A stretch of DNA of 63,947 nucleotides, the filler included. It is 6 parts of 6 records of this genome, joined end to end, with 100 filler letters (N's around TTAATTAATTAA, not from the genome) between each part and the next. Parts side by side here need not be neighbours in the genome. Positions count along the whole stretch, not along the records: positions 27,203 to 49,367 come from DRR723986_6653; 5 more parts are not named here. One strand, given 5' to 3'. This document shows, piece by piece, positions 30,072-41,070 of the stretch. Made by a program: the position numbers and the translations under genes. Each line of letters opens with the position of its first letter. The first letter of the stretch is position 1. The notes below the pieces were generated by a model. It did no database searches. It had not been told where the DNA came from and saw only the letters and a program-made list of their open reading frames with translations.

Positions 30072-32580
30072 ATTTGTCGATTTTCTCTGTGGTGCTCTTA
30101 TCAGCCTCACCTGCGACTTTGGATGCGCCAGCCGGAGAGAGGACCTCCAGCAGCTTTTTCTGCCAGACGGCTGAATCTTCTGGTTTACCGAGCTTTTCGT
30201 ACGCAACCTGGAGCTGTGAGTACGCGGCCGTCAACCACTTCCTTATTCGTGAATCAGAATGGTCTTCCTCGTAAACCCCCTCAAGATATTGGGCAACTTC
30301 TGTTCCCTCGGCGACAGCACCTTCCAAATCACCTAACTGCACCATGAAGAACATACCGGCCACTCTTTGACCGGCGATCTCGAGCTCTCGATTTCCCTGG
30401 GCTTCTAACGCCGTGATGATGGCCAAGTTGGTTTCAAAGCCGCGGCGGCGTGCCTCTCGAGCCTCGTCCTCGTCGCCAGCATTTGACTTAAATTCGGCGA
30501 GCATGGCGTATTGAATCAACCGATGTTCGTATGCCGCAAGCGCTGAGGACGCGCCGCTGCCGAGGTCTGAAGGGAAGTGTTCATTGGATAGTTTTAGTGA
30601 TTGCTCGAGATAGTCCGATGCCTTCTCCATCTCTCCGCGACGACGCGCGAGCTCTGAGAGCATCTCCAACTGGAAAACAACCGCCATATGGGCCTTGAAC
30701 TTGTTCTCCGAACTGCCCACCAGCATAAGGGCTAGCTCCATACTTCGCTCGAATGCCTGCACGGCACTGGCCTCGCCGTCCTCACGGTACATCATGTGTT
30801 GCCCGTGCTGTGTCTTTATCTCCTGCGCTAGGCGCAGGGCTTCGAGTGAACCACCTTGTTCTTCGTAGCATCGCCAAGCGACCTCGTATGCCTGCGTGAA
30901 TAACCTATCGGCCGTTTGATTTGCACTCTCCGCGTAGCCCTCGCCTGCTGTCTCATTACCATCACCGGGCTTTTGAAATCGATCGTACAAAACGGCAAGC
31001 TGAAACATCGTCCTGGCAGAATGAAGACTAATCACACTCCGCCCAACGAACTCTTCAGCGGCTTGGTCGAGACTCTGTAGCGATGTCTGCAGCAGATTCT
31101 TTCGGATTGGGCTCCCCTTGGGCAGCGAGCTTAGGCCCTGTTCTACATTTGTAATCACCTGAGTCATCGTTTCAAAGGCAAGCCTGCTCTGCTGCTCTGC
31201 TGTTGCTGCTGCCTTTTGATGCAACTCACTTTGTTCTTCCGCAATCAGCGCGTTTGCACTGGCTTTTTCGAGGGCGTCGTGTTCCTTCGATCTTGCATCG
31301 GCCATTCGATTCGCCGCGATGAAGGAGACGGTCGACACTCCTGTCAGTAGCAAGAATGTTGACGCGGCAACTGTCAATCGAATTGGATAGCGTTGGCACA
31401 TCTTGCTGAATCGACGAATGAGCCCAGGCGGGCGCGCCTCGATTGGTTTTCCGTCTAGATACCGCTGAAGGTCATCGGCGAACTCTGCCGCGGTTGCATA
31501 GCGGTGCGCCGGACTCGAAGTAATTGCCTTCAAACAAATTGTTTCCAGCGGGCGATCAACCCGTTCGTTGAGGCTTCGCGGAGACTTCGGAGTTTCGTGC
31601 GTGGCTTGCCAAAGTAGCATGCGTACGGAGCCAAGAAACGGCGGTCGACCGGTCAACATCTCGTAGAGCACACAGCCAAGCGAATACACATCACTCCTGG
31701 CATCGACAGACGCAGGATCGCGAATCTGTTCTGGGCTCATGTATGCTGGCGTACCGAGAAGTCCACCGGCTTTGGTTAGTGTTTGGTCGTGTGTGTCGTC
31801 GCGGGCGATCCCAAAATCGGAGACCACAAGCCGCTGTTGACCATCGACGACCTCAACCAACAGGTTCGATGGCTTAACATCGCGGTGAATCACACCGGCT
31901 TCGTGGCAACATGCCAGACCACGAGCGGCACCGGCCAGCAGTGTGGCTGACTCACGTGAATCCAGAAGCTCTCGGTCGCTGAGCAGATGGCGGAGCGTCG
32001 TACCGCTCAGCTCCTCCATCACCACCGTTGGAGGCAGATCGTTGCGCAGCAACAAATCGAAAACCTCAATAACGTGCGGGTGCTGCACTCGCTTGGCCGA
32101 CATCGCCTCGCGTGCAATACGTTCCCGCGCACCTTCCTCCGCATCCAGCCACGAGCTCATGACCTTCAACACCACCGAGCATTCGTTCACGGTGTCGTAT
32201 GCACTGTATAGAGTGCTCATCCCGCCGTGAGCGACCAACCGTCGAATCTGGTATCGCCCAACCGATGCAATAAATTGCGAGTTCGCTGGCGGATCGGGGA
32301 AATCGTGCGCGACCGCCTCTTGCTTGAAATCTGCGAAGGCTGTTGGCGACTCCACCACGGTGCCGTCGTCCACCGACTCTAGCTTGGCATTGGAATCCAT
32401 CAACGTCGATGCATCGGATCGGCTTTGATCGTGCTCGGGTCCTGCCTTGCCGCCAAACTCTTCATCTTGTTTGGAGACAATCTTCCGAAGTGCCTCCTGG
32501 CAGGTTTTGCATTGGTCCAAATGACCGCGCAAGTCATCGCGCAGTTGTTCGGTTACCTTCGTATTGTCGACTTCTTTCAT
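30064..32580 (-). CDS. Hanks-type Ser/Thr kinase with N-terminal HxxxCxxC motif, one TM and a TPR-like helical C-terminus
   Basis: HLDQCKTC; VVLKVM; HRDVKPSN; DFGIA; GTPAYMSPE; DVYSLG. Confidence 0.93.
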   Translation of the reverse strand: MKEVDNTKVTEQLRDDLRGHLDQCKTCQEALRKIVSKQDEEFGGKAGPEHDQSRSDASTLMDSNAKLESVDDGTVVESPTAFADFKQEAVAHDFPDPPANSQFIASVGRYQIRRLVAHGGMSTLYSAYDTVNECSVVLKVMSSWLDAEEGARERIAREAMSAKRVQHPHVIEVFDLLLRNDLPPTVVMEELSGTTLRHLLSDRELLDSRESATLLAGAARGLACCHEAGVIHRDVKPSNLLVEVVDGQQRLVVSDFGIARDDTHDQTLTKAGGLLGTPAYMSPEQIRDPASVDARSDVYSLGCVLYEMLTGRPPFLGSVRMLLWQATHETPKSPRSLNERVDRPLETICLKAITSSPAHRYATAAEFADDLQRYLDGKPIEARPPGLIRRFSKMCQRYPIRLTVAASTFLLLTGVSTVSFIAANRMADARSKEHDALEKASANALIAEEQSELHQKAAATAEQQSRLAFETMTQVITNVEQGLSSLPKGSPIRKNLLQTSLQSLDQAAEEFVGRSVISLHSARTMFQLAVLYDRFQKPGDGNETAGEGYAESANQTADRLFTQAYEVAWRCYEEQGGSLEALRLAQEIKTQHGQHMMYREDGEASAVQAFERSMELALMLVGSSENKFKAHMAVVFQLEMLSELARRRGEMEKASDYLEQSLKLSNEHFPSDLGSGASSALAAYEHRLIQYAMLAEFKSNAGDEDEAREARRRGFETNLAIITALEAQGNRELEIAGQRVAGMFFMVQLGDLEGAVAEGTEVAQYLEGVYEEDHSDSRIRKWLTAAYSQLQVAYEKLGKPEDSAVWQKKLLEVLSPAGASKVAGEADKSTTEKIDKSN

Positions 32581-32803
32581 TCAGGGAAGTCCGGGTGGAT
32601 CGCGAGTATTGCGTGGCGTAAATTCGCCAACCTAGCACCCCCCCGATTGTAGCAGATTCACTGCCACCCGACAGTGAAAAATGTCGAATCACGCAGCATT
32701 CAACGCCCAATCCCCCTAAGCGGCGGCGATATTCTACCGAAGGTGGCGGGGCAAATCGCTTCGAAACCTGAGTTTCTTGAAGCAACGCTTCGTTCTGAGC
32801 GTG

Positions 32804-34306
32804 CTACTTAGCTCCACCGCCGGAGCGTGTACGTTTTGTATTGCGTTTCTCCCAAATCTCCTCCGCCTGCTCCAGAGACTTCCCCTTGTATTTTGATTGG
32901 CGGAGCAGCGAATTGCGTTCCGTCTCAAGGCCCTTATCTCCTTGAGCCTTCATCCATTGCTGCAACAACGACTTCATTTCCGACATCCGTTCCGCGTGAC
33001 TGGGATCCTCGGCAATGTTATTCATCTCAAGCGGGTCTTCGTGACAGTCGTACAGCTCCCATTCAGGGCGATGCTTGTACGCAGCGACCAACTTGGCGGC
33101 TGCCTCGTCGCCGCCGCTAGCCGCCTCGACCATAGACTTGAACTCAACGCTGGTAGTGCATGCATTCGTAAAGGTGGTTTGATGGTTCAGATTCCAGATC
33201 AGTCGGTAACGTTGATCGCGGACAGTCCGGATGGCGTACATGTCCGAACCATCGTTGATACCGCGAGTCGTCATCATTCCAAAGGAGTGTTGCTTGTGCT
33301 GTTCGGTTTCGCCCTTGAGGACTGCGATAAAGCTTTCACCATCTAGGTGCGACGGAATGTTTACACCCGCAGCCTGCAGAAAGGTGGGTAGAACATCAAC
33401 ATATTCGACCATCGCCTCAGTTTTGCTGGCGGGAGCGACGTGCCCAGGCCATCGCACAATCATTGCCGATTGCAGACCATTGCCATAGCAAGTCCACTTT
33501 GCGAACGGCATCGAATTGCCTTGTTCCGAAACCACCATCACGAGCGTGTTCTCTGCCAGTTGGTGCTGGTCGAGCATCCGTAGAATTTGCCCGACTTGCG
33601 AGTCGTAGTAGGTAATCTCTGCCAGATATCGACTGAAGCCATCGCGCACGACTGGTGTATCAGCGATGTAGGGCGGCAATTCAACACTCTCGGGAGGATA
33701 TCGAGATGCATCGCCGAGGTTCCACGGAGTGTGTGGTTCGTTAGAACATGCAAAGAGACAAAATGGAGTACCCGCGTCTTTGCTCTCTGCCATCAAGTCA
33801 TCGATGGCCTGCATGTCTGGATTCTTCTTACCAGAGTATTCGAACGGGAAAACAGCCTGTGGACCGATGTGCCGCTTGCCGGACAGGGCAACGCGGTAGC
33901 CCGCTTCACCCAGATAGTGGGCAACGCTCTTGGTGCCGCTTTTTGCAAACGTGTGATTGGGGTAAGCGCCAGACTTTACGGGGTACAAGCCTGTATAGAT
34001 ATTGTGACGTGTCGGCGAACACATCGGTGCTGCTTGAAAGCACTGTTGAAATTGCATGCCCTCGGTTGCTAAACGATCGATGTTCGGCGTATGTGCTTGG
34101 CCTCCGTAGCAGCCAATGTCCCGATACGTCATGTCATCGGCGATGATGAATACTAAGTTCGGTCGTTCTGCGACCAACGGCTTTTGTGCTGCTCGTAACA
34201 CCGAGGGAAAACAAGCCACACTGACCGTCAGCAACAAGAGACCGTCACGGCATCGGGAATGGCAAGCTCGAAAAGCAGAGAAGGAGATCATACGGGCAGT
34301 CCACAC
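32804..34306 (-). CDS. Formylglycine-dependent sulfatase (S1; start uncertain)
   Basis: RPNLVFIIADD, CSPTR, GKRH, ELYDCHEDP. Confidence 0.92.
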   Translation of the reverse strand: MWTARMISFSAFRACHSRCRDGLLLLTVSVACFPSVLRAAQKPLVAERPNLVFIIADDMTYRDIGCYGGQAHTPNIDRLATEGMQFQQCFQAAPMCSPTRHNIYTGLYPVKSGAYPNHTFAKSGTKSVAHYLGEAGYRVALSGKRHIGPQAVFPFEYSGKKNPDMQAIDDLMAESKDAGTPFCLFACSNEPHTPWNLGDASRYPPESVELPPYIADTPVVRDGFSRYLAEITYYDSQVGQILRMLDQHQLAENTLVMVVSEQGNSMPFAKWTCYGNGLQSAMIVRWPGHVAPASKTEAMVEYVDVLPTFLQAAGVNIPSHLDGESFIAVLKGETEQHKQHSFGMMTTRGINDGSDMYAIRTVRDQRYRLIWNLNHQTTFTNACTTSVEFKSMVEAASGGDEAAAKLVAAYKHRPEWELYDCHEDPLEMNNIAEDPSHAERMSEMKSLLQQWMKAQGDKGLETERNSLLRQSKYKGKSLEQAEEIWEKRNTKRTRSGGGAK

Positions 34307-34493
34307 AGGGTAAGCGAGTTATCAGAACCCGCAATTATAGCCACAACTAGACGGCCCCCGCGCACAGTGATGACTAAGTGTGCAGTGACGACCCTGCACA
34401 CGCATGATGACCATGCACACGAAGTGATCACTCTGCAGACGCATGATTGCTCACCAGAAACACTAGCGGCCACGGAGGTTGTCCGTAAACAGG

Positions 34494-35315
34494 CTAAGCA
34501 CTGGTCGCTTCGCTTGCGATCTCTTTGTGGTCGATGACGACGACGGCCACGACAAGCGCAATGAGCGTGTAGAGCGTAACGGCTAAAAGATGATGCCAAA
34601 GTGGTTCGGCGCCGAAAAACTCACCCGCACTATCTCTCAATCCTTCGTTCCCAGTCCACTCAACCAGCAACGATCGCAAACGATAGGCGACGGTTAGTTG
34701 ATTAATCGTCGCCGGAATAGTTGAAACGATGCCTTCCATGATAAGAGAGTAGACAACGGCGAAAACCGTTGAACGTCGCGTGAATACCACGCCGATTAGC
34801 AAGTAGAGGGCGCCATAACAAAGACTTGCAGTCACTACCAATGCTGACAAAGTGGCCGCCAACCGGACAGGGTCTGCCACGCCGCTGACCAGTCCAACCA
34901 GAAGTGATCCAATCACACCGCTGCCGATGGCCCAACCGACGGCCACGATGTACTTACCCAAGATCAAGGCGCGACGCCCGCGCTCGCGCATGGCGATGTA
35001 GACCCAAGTCTGCGATTCGACCTCACTGCCAACGGCCGGCGTCACCCACAACAATAGCCCTAGCATGCACCCAACCTGAGCTACCAGAAAGTACGCGATG
35101 ATTGTGATTCCATCGTCGCTGGGAGGCATCCGCACTTGAAACCTAAGCGTGCCAATCAAAATGGCGGGCAAGAGGGCAATCACCGCCATGATCGCCATGC
35201 GACCCTTGGTGCGACTCTTACTGAATTCGAATCGCACAACGTGCATGATTGTGTCGATCACTGGCTTTCCCATACTAGTTGCAAGTCTATGTTTTGTCGT
35301 TCTGGCCATGCCCAA
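34494..35315 (-). CDS. ABC-2 type exporter permease
   Basis: About six hydrophobic segments, EVESQT...GKY; operon with ABC ATPases. Confidence 0.82.
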   Translation of the reverse strand: MGMARTTKHRLATSMGKPVIDTIMHVVRFEFSKSRTKGRMAIMAVIALLPAILIGTLRFQVRMPPSDDGITIIAYFLVAQVGCMLGLLLWVTPAVGSEVESQTWVYIAMRERGRRALILGKYIVAVGWAIGSGVIGSLLVGLVSGVADPVRLAATLSALVVTASLCYGALYLLIGVVFTRRSTVFAVVYSLIMEGIVSTIPATINQLTVAYRLRSLLVEWTGNEGLRDSAGEFFGAEPLWHHLLAVTLYTLIALVVAVVVIDHKEIASEATSA

Positions 35316-35350
35316 GCTCGCCGCGGAGCGCTCTACCCATTGGACTGTGC

Positions 35351-36337
35351 TTACTGAACCGAAGCGGACGTCAGCTCGCCGCGATGCACCTGTAAGAGCA
35401 GCTCAAATGCGGCTTCAAGTGTTCCGTCGGGCGAATCGAGCGACTCTATAGTCACGTCAGGTCGCAGCGCCTGCCGCCGCAGCTCCTCAAGCAGCCGAGT
35501 GCTATCGGAAACGCTTACCCGAAGACTACGATTGGCAGCATCAAATTTACAACTCTCAAACCACTGCTCGGTAACCAGCGAGGCCGCCAAGTTCTGTAGT
35601 CCAGTACCAACGATTCGGACTTCAACGGGGAAGCCGCTCAGCATCGAACCGACTTCGCGAGCGTCACCCGTGGCCAGGATTCGACCACCGTGAATCAACA
35701 AGAACGACGTGGTTACGGCTTCCACCTCGTGCAAAATATGGCTTGCCAACATCAAACTTTTTCCTGACGCGGCCCATTGCCTGAGAAAGTCGGTCAACTC
35801 ATGCCGTCCGATCGGATCCAAGCCATTGAACGGTTCATCAAGGATCAAGAGCTCTGGGTCGTGCGAGATTGCCTGAGCCAGTTTGGCACGTTGTCGCATC
35901 CCGAGGGAATAGCTTGAGATCGGCCGATGCATGTTTGCCGCTAAGCCGACCCGCTGCAGGGCGTCTTCAGATCGCGATTCCGCCTCGGCCCGGCCGATAC
36001 CATGCAGGGCTGTTTGGAAGCAAACCCACTCAAACCCAGTAACGTTGGGGATCAGAATATCGCTTGCGGGGCAACGTCCGATTTGGCGTAGCACAGAGCG
36101 CTGCTTCTGAGGATCGTGCCCAAACACCCGAACACTCCCCAGATCCGGGGCTAGCATCCCCGTCAACACATTGAGCAATGTCGTCTTGCCAGCACCATTG
36201 GGGCCAATCAATCCATAGGCGCCGCGTGGAAGCTTTAGGCTGACATCGCCGATCCCGATAACCGTCTTGTAGAATCGGGAAACATGGCTGAGCTCGAGCA
36301 AATCATCTGTCGAACTCGTATCGATCGATTCACTCAT
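35351..36337 (-). CDS. ABC transporter ATP-binding protein
   Basis: GPNGAGKT, YSLGMRQR, LILDEP. Confidence 0.93.
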   Translation of the reverse strand: MSESIDTSSTDDLLELSHVSRFYKTVIGIGDVSLKLPRGAYGLIGPNGAGKTTLLNVLTGMLAPDLGSVRVFGHDPQKQRSVLRQIGRCPASDILIPNVTGFEWVCFQTALHGIGRAEAESRSEDALQRVGLAANMHRPISSYSLGMRQRAKLAQAISHDPELLILDEPFNGLDPIGRHELTDFLRQWAASGKSLMLASHILHEVEAVTTSFLLIHGGRILATGDAREVGSMLSGFPVEVRIVGTGLQNLAASLVTEQWFESCKFDAANRSLRVSVSDSTRLLEELRRQALRPDVTIESLDSPDGTLEAAFELLLQVHRGELTSASVQ

Positions 36338-37308
36338 GCTGACATGCTCTTATGTAGACGCCGATAAACAAAGCCCAACGAACCGGTCGTCACTATTGCG
36401 AGCACGGTCGCGACAGGGATGATGCTGATCCCCGATGGGAGCAAGCCGAAGACCCACTGTTGGCCACGTCCAAGTGTGTGGTACGGAGAAATGACCTCCC
36501 ATCGTGAATGGAAGCTCATCATCGCTTCGGGACCATCCGAGTTCCTCATCTGGTCAGCGAATTCACCGCCAGAGAGCACCGAGAAGACAACCCAACCGAT
36601 GACCCAAAGAGCGAACCAGGCAAACGCCGAATACCTGCTCTCAACCGTGAATGCAGAACATGCCAATGCCACTGAGGCGGTTGGAAGCATAAGCACGAAT
36701 GAAGCCGCGATGATCCTCAGCGGCAGATCCCAAGTCGCGAAGATAACGCTGGCATCGCTGGCTAGCCCCAAACCTAGGATGTACAGGATCAGAGCGGGCA
36801 CGGTGGTGATGATGGCCAAGAAGAACCACAGCACCAACAGCTTGCCGATGATGTACTCAGCGATCGTGATCGGCCGCGAAAAGTACAACAGGTACCCTTT
36901 ATTGCGGAGATCGAAAGCAATTAACCTTGGCGCGACGATCCCGACAACTAGGACCATCAACACGGCTTGCGGGTATCGGAAGAAAGCCATCAAGATCGCG
37001 GACCAGATCTCGTGCCGAGCCTCCTCCGGATCTGCCATAGCTAGCTGAACAACCTCTTCACTCGCTCCGGCCACCGTCAGCATATTCGCACCGACGCGCC
37101 GCATCTCAGGCCGAACAATTGACTGCTCATAGATGAAGAAACCAATCCCCATCGCAATGGCGGGCACCCAGGAAACGACCAACGTCCGCCCAAGCCAACT
37201 GGACCGAAACGCAATTTGTATTCCCGTTATTGTGATCGCTAGCCAACGCAGCAGAGGCGAAGACTTCGCACCCTCCCACGCGCGGTAGCCTACATCATGC
37301 AGCGGCAT
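36334..37308 (-). CDS. ABC-2 type exporter permease
   Basis: Multiple TMs; DLRNKGYLLYFSRPITIAEYIIGK. Confidence 0.85.
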   Translation of the reverse strand: MPLHDVGYRAWEGAKSSPLLRWLAITITGIQIAFRSSWLGRTLVVSWVPAIAMGIGFFIYEQSIVRPEMRRVGANMLTVAGASEEVVQLAMADPEEARHEIWSAILMAFFRYPQAVLMVLVVGIVAPRLIAFDLRNKGYLLYFSRPITIAEYIIGKLLVLWFFLAIITTVPALILYILGLGLASDASVIFATWDLPLRIIAASFVLMLPTASVALACSAFTVESRYSAFAWFALWVIGWVVFSVLSGGEFADQMRNSDGPEAMMSFHSRWEVISPYHTLGRGQQWVFGLLPSGISIIPVATVLAIVTTGSLGFVYRRLHKSMSA

Positions 37309-38254
37309 TGTCAGCCTCCTTCACTACGTCAAAGAAGACCTGCTCGAGCGAGTTCTTTGCTTGCGATACGCGCTGAACCAACACACCACTTTCTTCGGCG
37401 ACCTGCCAAACCCTATCAATGCTGGCGGCATCGATATCGTGAATCCAATAACTGAAGGGCTCCTCAGTTGCATCGAACTGCAAACCAGCCTTCGCCAATG
37501 ACGACTCCCAAGTGTGCATTTGGTCGGGTTTCATACCTGCTGACAACCAAACCTGAACGCCCTTTCTTGCCGGGCGCATCAGTTCGTCCAGTGGCTTCGT
37601 CATGTGAATACGTCCACCGCTCATGATCACGACGCTATCGCAGACGGCTTTGACATCCGTCAAAATGTGCGTGCTAATCAACACGGCTTTGTTACGTTCG
37701 ACGGCCAAGTTGCGAATCTTGGATAGAAAGGAGACTCGCTGCTGCGGGTCCAGGCCCGTTGTCGGCTCATCGAGAATCAATAACTGCGGATCTCCAACGA
37801 TCGCCTGAGCAAATTTGAGCTTCTGCCGCATCCCGGTTGAATAACCTTCCACCGGGCGATAACGCTCCCCGCCAATGTCGGCAAAATCCAGAACTTCGTG
37901 GCTTCGCCTGAGTCCTTCGGTTGCCGGTAGGCCAGATAGCTGGGCAAGAAAACTGACCGATTCAATTCCGGTCAAACCGGCGATAAAACAGTCATCTTCA
38001 GGCACATAGCCCACTGCATCACGGATCCGACGAGCATCCCCGGGGAGTTGGTAGCCGAGGACATTTGCCTGCCCGGATTTTATCTTCAGTAGCCCAAGCA
38101 TCGACTTGATCATCGTGCTCTTGCCGCAACCGTTTGGACCAAGCAGGCCAGTCACGCCAGAGCCGATCTCCAGCGAGACATCCTTTAAAACCGTGCGATT
38201 GCCGTATGCCTTGGTGATGTTGCGAAGCGAAATTGCGGATTTATCGTTGTCCAT
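37295..38254 (-). CDS. ABC transporter ATP-binding protein
   Basis: GPNGCGKST, YSTGMRQK, LILDEPT. Confidence 0.93.
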   Translation of the reverse strand: MDNDKSAISLRNITKAYGNRTVLKDVSLEIGSGVTGLLGPNGCGKSTMIKSMLGLLKIKSGQANVLGYQLPGDARRIRDAVGYVPEDDCFIAGLTGIESVSFLAQLSGLPATEGLRRSHEVLDFADIGGERYRPVEGYSTGMRQKLKFAQAIVGDPQLLILDEPTTGLDPQQRVSFLSKIRNLAVERNKAVLISTHILTDVKAVCDSVVIMSGGRIHMTKPLDELMRPARKGVQVWLSAGMKPDQMHTWESSLAKAGLQFDATEEPFSYWIHDIDAASIDRVWQVAEESGVLVQRVSQAKNSLEQVFFDVVKEADNAAA

Positions 38255-38594
38255 GCTTTGCTTTTGATGAGTCTCTCGAGGTGGCATCGACGCCTTGGTC
38301 GGACGTTGGAGTAGTCTACTGTGGGTGGAGCTGATTTTGCATCGCAGGCGGCGATTTACTTTGCCGAAGCACGTTCGCTGCGGATTTACAGTCAATCGCA
38401 GCAGTCTTCAACCAATCGACTACGGTGCTCGACGCGTCCACAGAATCACGGCGGCCTAGCGCCGAAACGTATCGGACCGTTGACGATTCCCGAGTCGGGA
38501 TCGACAATTGCGGCTGACGACGAAAAGCTCTGTGCATCTGGCACGAGTTGCATTCGCCCGTTTCGCGAGTTTATTTTGGATTTCAGCGAGAAAA

Positions 38595-39848
38595 ATGAGC
38601 ATTCTTTCAACGCAAGACCCAGAACTCTGGGCAGCCATGCAGTCCGAGTTTACTCGCCAGCAAGACGGCCTAGAAATGATTGCCAGTGAGAATTACACCT
38701 CGCCAGCCGTCATGGAAGCGGTCGGAAGCGTCCTGACGAACAAATACGCCGAGGGATATCCCGGCCGCCGCTACTACGGTGGTTGCGAACATGTCGACGT
38801 TGTGGAACGGCTGGCCATCAGTCGTGCCAAGCAGCTTTTTGGGGCGGAAGCGGCGAACGTCCAACCACATAGTGGATCGCAAGCCAACACGGCCGTTTAC
38901 GTGGCTTGCCTGAATCCGGGCGACACCGTCCTCGGTCTCGATCTGGCCCAAGGCGGCCACTTAACACACGGAATGCACCTGAACATTTCAGGCAAACTCT
39001 ACAAGTTTATTCCTTATGGTGTTGACCCAACGACCCATCGCATCGACTTCGACCAAGTTGCCAAGCTGGCTCAGGAGCATAAGCCGAAGTTGATCGTTGC
39101 TGGTGCAAGCGCTTACCCGCGTGAAATCCCTCACGCTCGTTTTGCAGAGATAGCAGCCGACTGCGGCGCAAAGCTTCTCGTTGATATGGCTCACTACGCA
39201 GGGCTGGTCGCAGCGGGTGTCCATGACAATCCAGTTCCAGTAGCCGACTATGTGACCACCACCACGCACAAAACGCTACGTGGTCCGCGTTCCGGTTTGG
39301 TGCTCGCCAAGCAAGATAACATTAAAGCGATCAACAGCGCAGTCTTCCCTGGCCTCCAAGGTGGACCACTGATGCATGCCGTTGCCGGTAAAGCTGTGTG
39401 CTTTGATGAAGCACTCAAGCCCGACTTCCGCCAATACGGGCAAGCCGTGATCGACAACGCCAAGACGCTCGCCGAGTGCTTGATTGCGGACGGCCTACGC
39501 CTCATCAGCGGCGGTACCGATAACCACCTGATGCTGGTCGATGTGACGAGTATCGGTTTGGGCGGCAAGATCGCAGAGAAGAGCCTGGATGCTTGCGGAA
39601 TCACAGTGAACATGAACATGATTCCGTTCGACACCCGCAAGCCGATGGATCCAAGTGGAATTCGAATCGGCACCCCCGCGCTGACGACCCGCGGAATGGG
39701 TACAGAAGAAATGAAGCTGATTGCTAAGTGGATTGGCCAAGTACTTCGCAACCCAGAAGACGGAACCACTCAGACGAAGGTGCGTGAAGAGATTCGCACA
39801 CTCTGTCAGAACTTCCCCGTTCCCGCAGCCCAAGTTTCGGTTGGTTAA
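38595..39848 (+). CDS. glyA: Serine hydroxymethyltransferase
   Basis: [38 protein letters not shown]. Confidence 0.97.
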   Translation: MSILSTQDPELWAAMQSEFTRQQDGLEMIASENYTSPAVMEAVGSVLTNKYAEGYPGRRYYGGCEHVDVVERLAISRAKQLFGAEAANVQPHSGSQANTAVYVACLNPGDTVLGLDLAQGGHLTHGMHLNISGKLYKFIPYGVDPTTHRIDFDQVAKLAQEHKPKLIVAGASAYPREIPHARFAEIAADCGAKLLVDMAHYAGLVAAGVHDNPVPVADYVTTTTHKTLRGPRSGLVLAKQDNIKAINSAVFPGLQGGPLMHAVAGKAVCFDEALKPDFRQYGQAVIDNAKTLAECLIADGLRLISGGTDNHLMLVDVTSIGLGGKIAEKSLDACGITVNMNMIPFDTRKPMDPSGIRIGTPALTTRGMGTEEMKLIAKWIGQVLRNPEDGTTQTKVREEIRTLCQNFPVPAAQVSVG

Positions 39849-39865
39849 GCGCAAGGAGTGACGCG

Positions 39866-40309
39866 GTGCCTAAAATTTTGATCGTCGACGATAACGTAGC
39901 CAACCGAGAGCTTATCGAAGCCTACTTGGCACCCGTTGATTGCGATATCGAACTGGCCGTAGACGGTCAGGACGCACTCGACAAAGTACAGTCCTTTCAG
40001 CCGGACCTGATCCTGCTGGATGTGATGATGCCCAAGCTCAGCGGCTTTGAAGTCTGCCAAGAACTCAAGAGCAAACCAGAGACGTCCGGCATCATGATTC
40101 TGATGGTGACGGCTCTCAATGAGTTGGGTGATGTTGAACGTGCGGTGAAGGCTGGCACGGACGACTTCCTATCGAAGCCGATCAACAAAGCTGAGTTTCT
40201 CAAACGCGTTGAGAACATGCTTCGCCTTAAGGATATTTCCGACGAAAACCAGCGCTTGAGGACCTACATCCAAGAGCTGGATCAATCGGCTCGCCCCGAT
40301 TCGAACTGA
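39866..40309 (+). CDS. Receiver-domain response regulator with a short coiled-coil tail
   Basis: IVDD, LLDVMMP, VTA, FLSKP. Confidence 0.92.
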   Translation: MPKILIVDDNVANRELIEAYLAPVDCDIELAVDGQDALDKVQSFQPDLILLDVMMPKLSGFEVCQELKSKPETSGIMILMVTALNELGDVERAVKAGTDDFLSKPINKAEFLKRVENMLRLKDISDENQRLRTYIQELDQSARPDSN

Positions 40310-40438
40310 GAATGCAGCGTCACAGCCACGACTGGCTTTGAAGCCTAGGCCGACTCTGGAATCGAGGCGGCCTCAAAACACCCGACTGCTTCAGAGGCCG
40401 CAATGCGGCTCGCTGAATACTGGCGGCCTACTGGGAGA

Positions 40439-40930
40439 CTACTGGCTCTCAACGGCTGACATGCGTCGGCGATAGTCTGCTTCGCTGATTCGATCTACCA
40501 AGAATTGGTAGCTAAGAATGTACTTCTGAATCCGCCGCACGTCGCCATCTAACGACGCTTCGCGATAGAGCACTCGGTGCAACCCAGCATTATCTCTGAG
40601 GTCCGATAACTTGGCCGCTCGAGCAGCCGAATTCGGCTTCAGCGCGACAACGTACTCTGCATAGCTCTTGTCGGGCGTGTGCGTGATCAAGCGGACGCCT
40701 TCGAGAACTTCATCTGAAAACCCGATCTCTCGCAGTTGGTCCAGCGTGACGGGCGTGTCTTCCACCAAGTCATGCATCAGGGCAACCAGTTGGGCAACTG
40801 CATCGTCCCCCACTCCCTGCATGACGCGGAGGCAGTGCGTCAAATAGGGCTCTCCGTCTTCATCGCAGATTCCGCCAAAGTACTCGGCTACCAGCGCGAG
40901 CGCTTCGTCAATTCCAGCCCTCTTGGCCAT
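40439..40930 (-). CDS. Stand-alone HD-domain phosphohydrolase (SpoT-hydrolase/MESH1-like)
   Basis: GEPYLTHCLRV, ALMHDLVEDT, KLSDLRDN. Confidence 0.8.
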   Translation of the reverse strand: MAKRAGIDEALALVAEYFGGICDEDGEPYLTHCLRVMQGVGDDAVAQLVALMHDLVEDTPVTLDQLREIGFSDEVLEGVRLITHTPDKSYAEYVVALKPNSAARAAKLSDLRDNAGLHRVLYREASLDGDVRRIQKYILSYQFLVDRISEADYRRRMSAVESQ

Positions 40931-41070
40931 AGCTCGATCATCCTTCCAGTCATCTCAACTCTGCTTTTGCCCGACGCCCACAATGGTAGACCGCTTTCGA
41001 CGGACTTGCAAAGCTGGAATAATTCTAGTGACCGCGGAAACGTGCCAAACTTCCTCAGACAACATGTCCC

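Noticed and set aside
34367-34450. Possible CRISPR array
   Set aside because: Units are short, degenerate and contiguous, without unique spacers.
38255-38594. ZTP or glycine riboswitch upstream of glyA
   Set aside because: I could not find the conserved core motifs by eye; an Infernal scan would be decisive.
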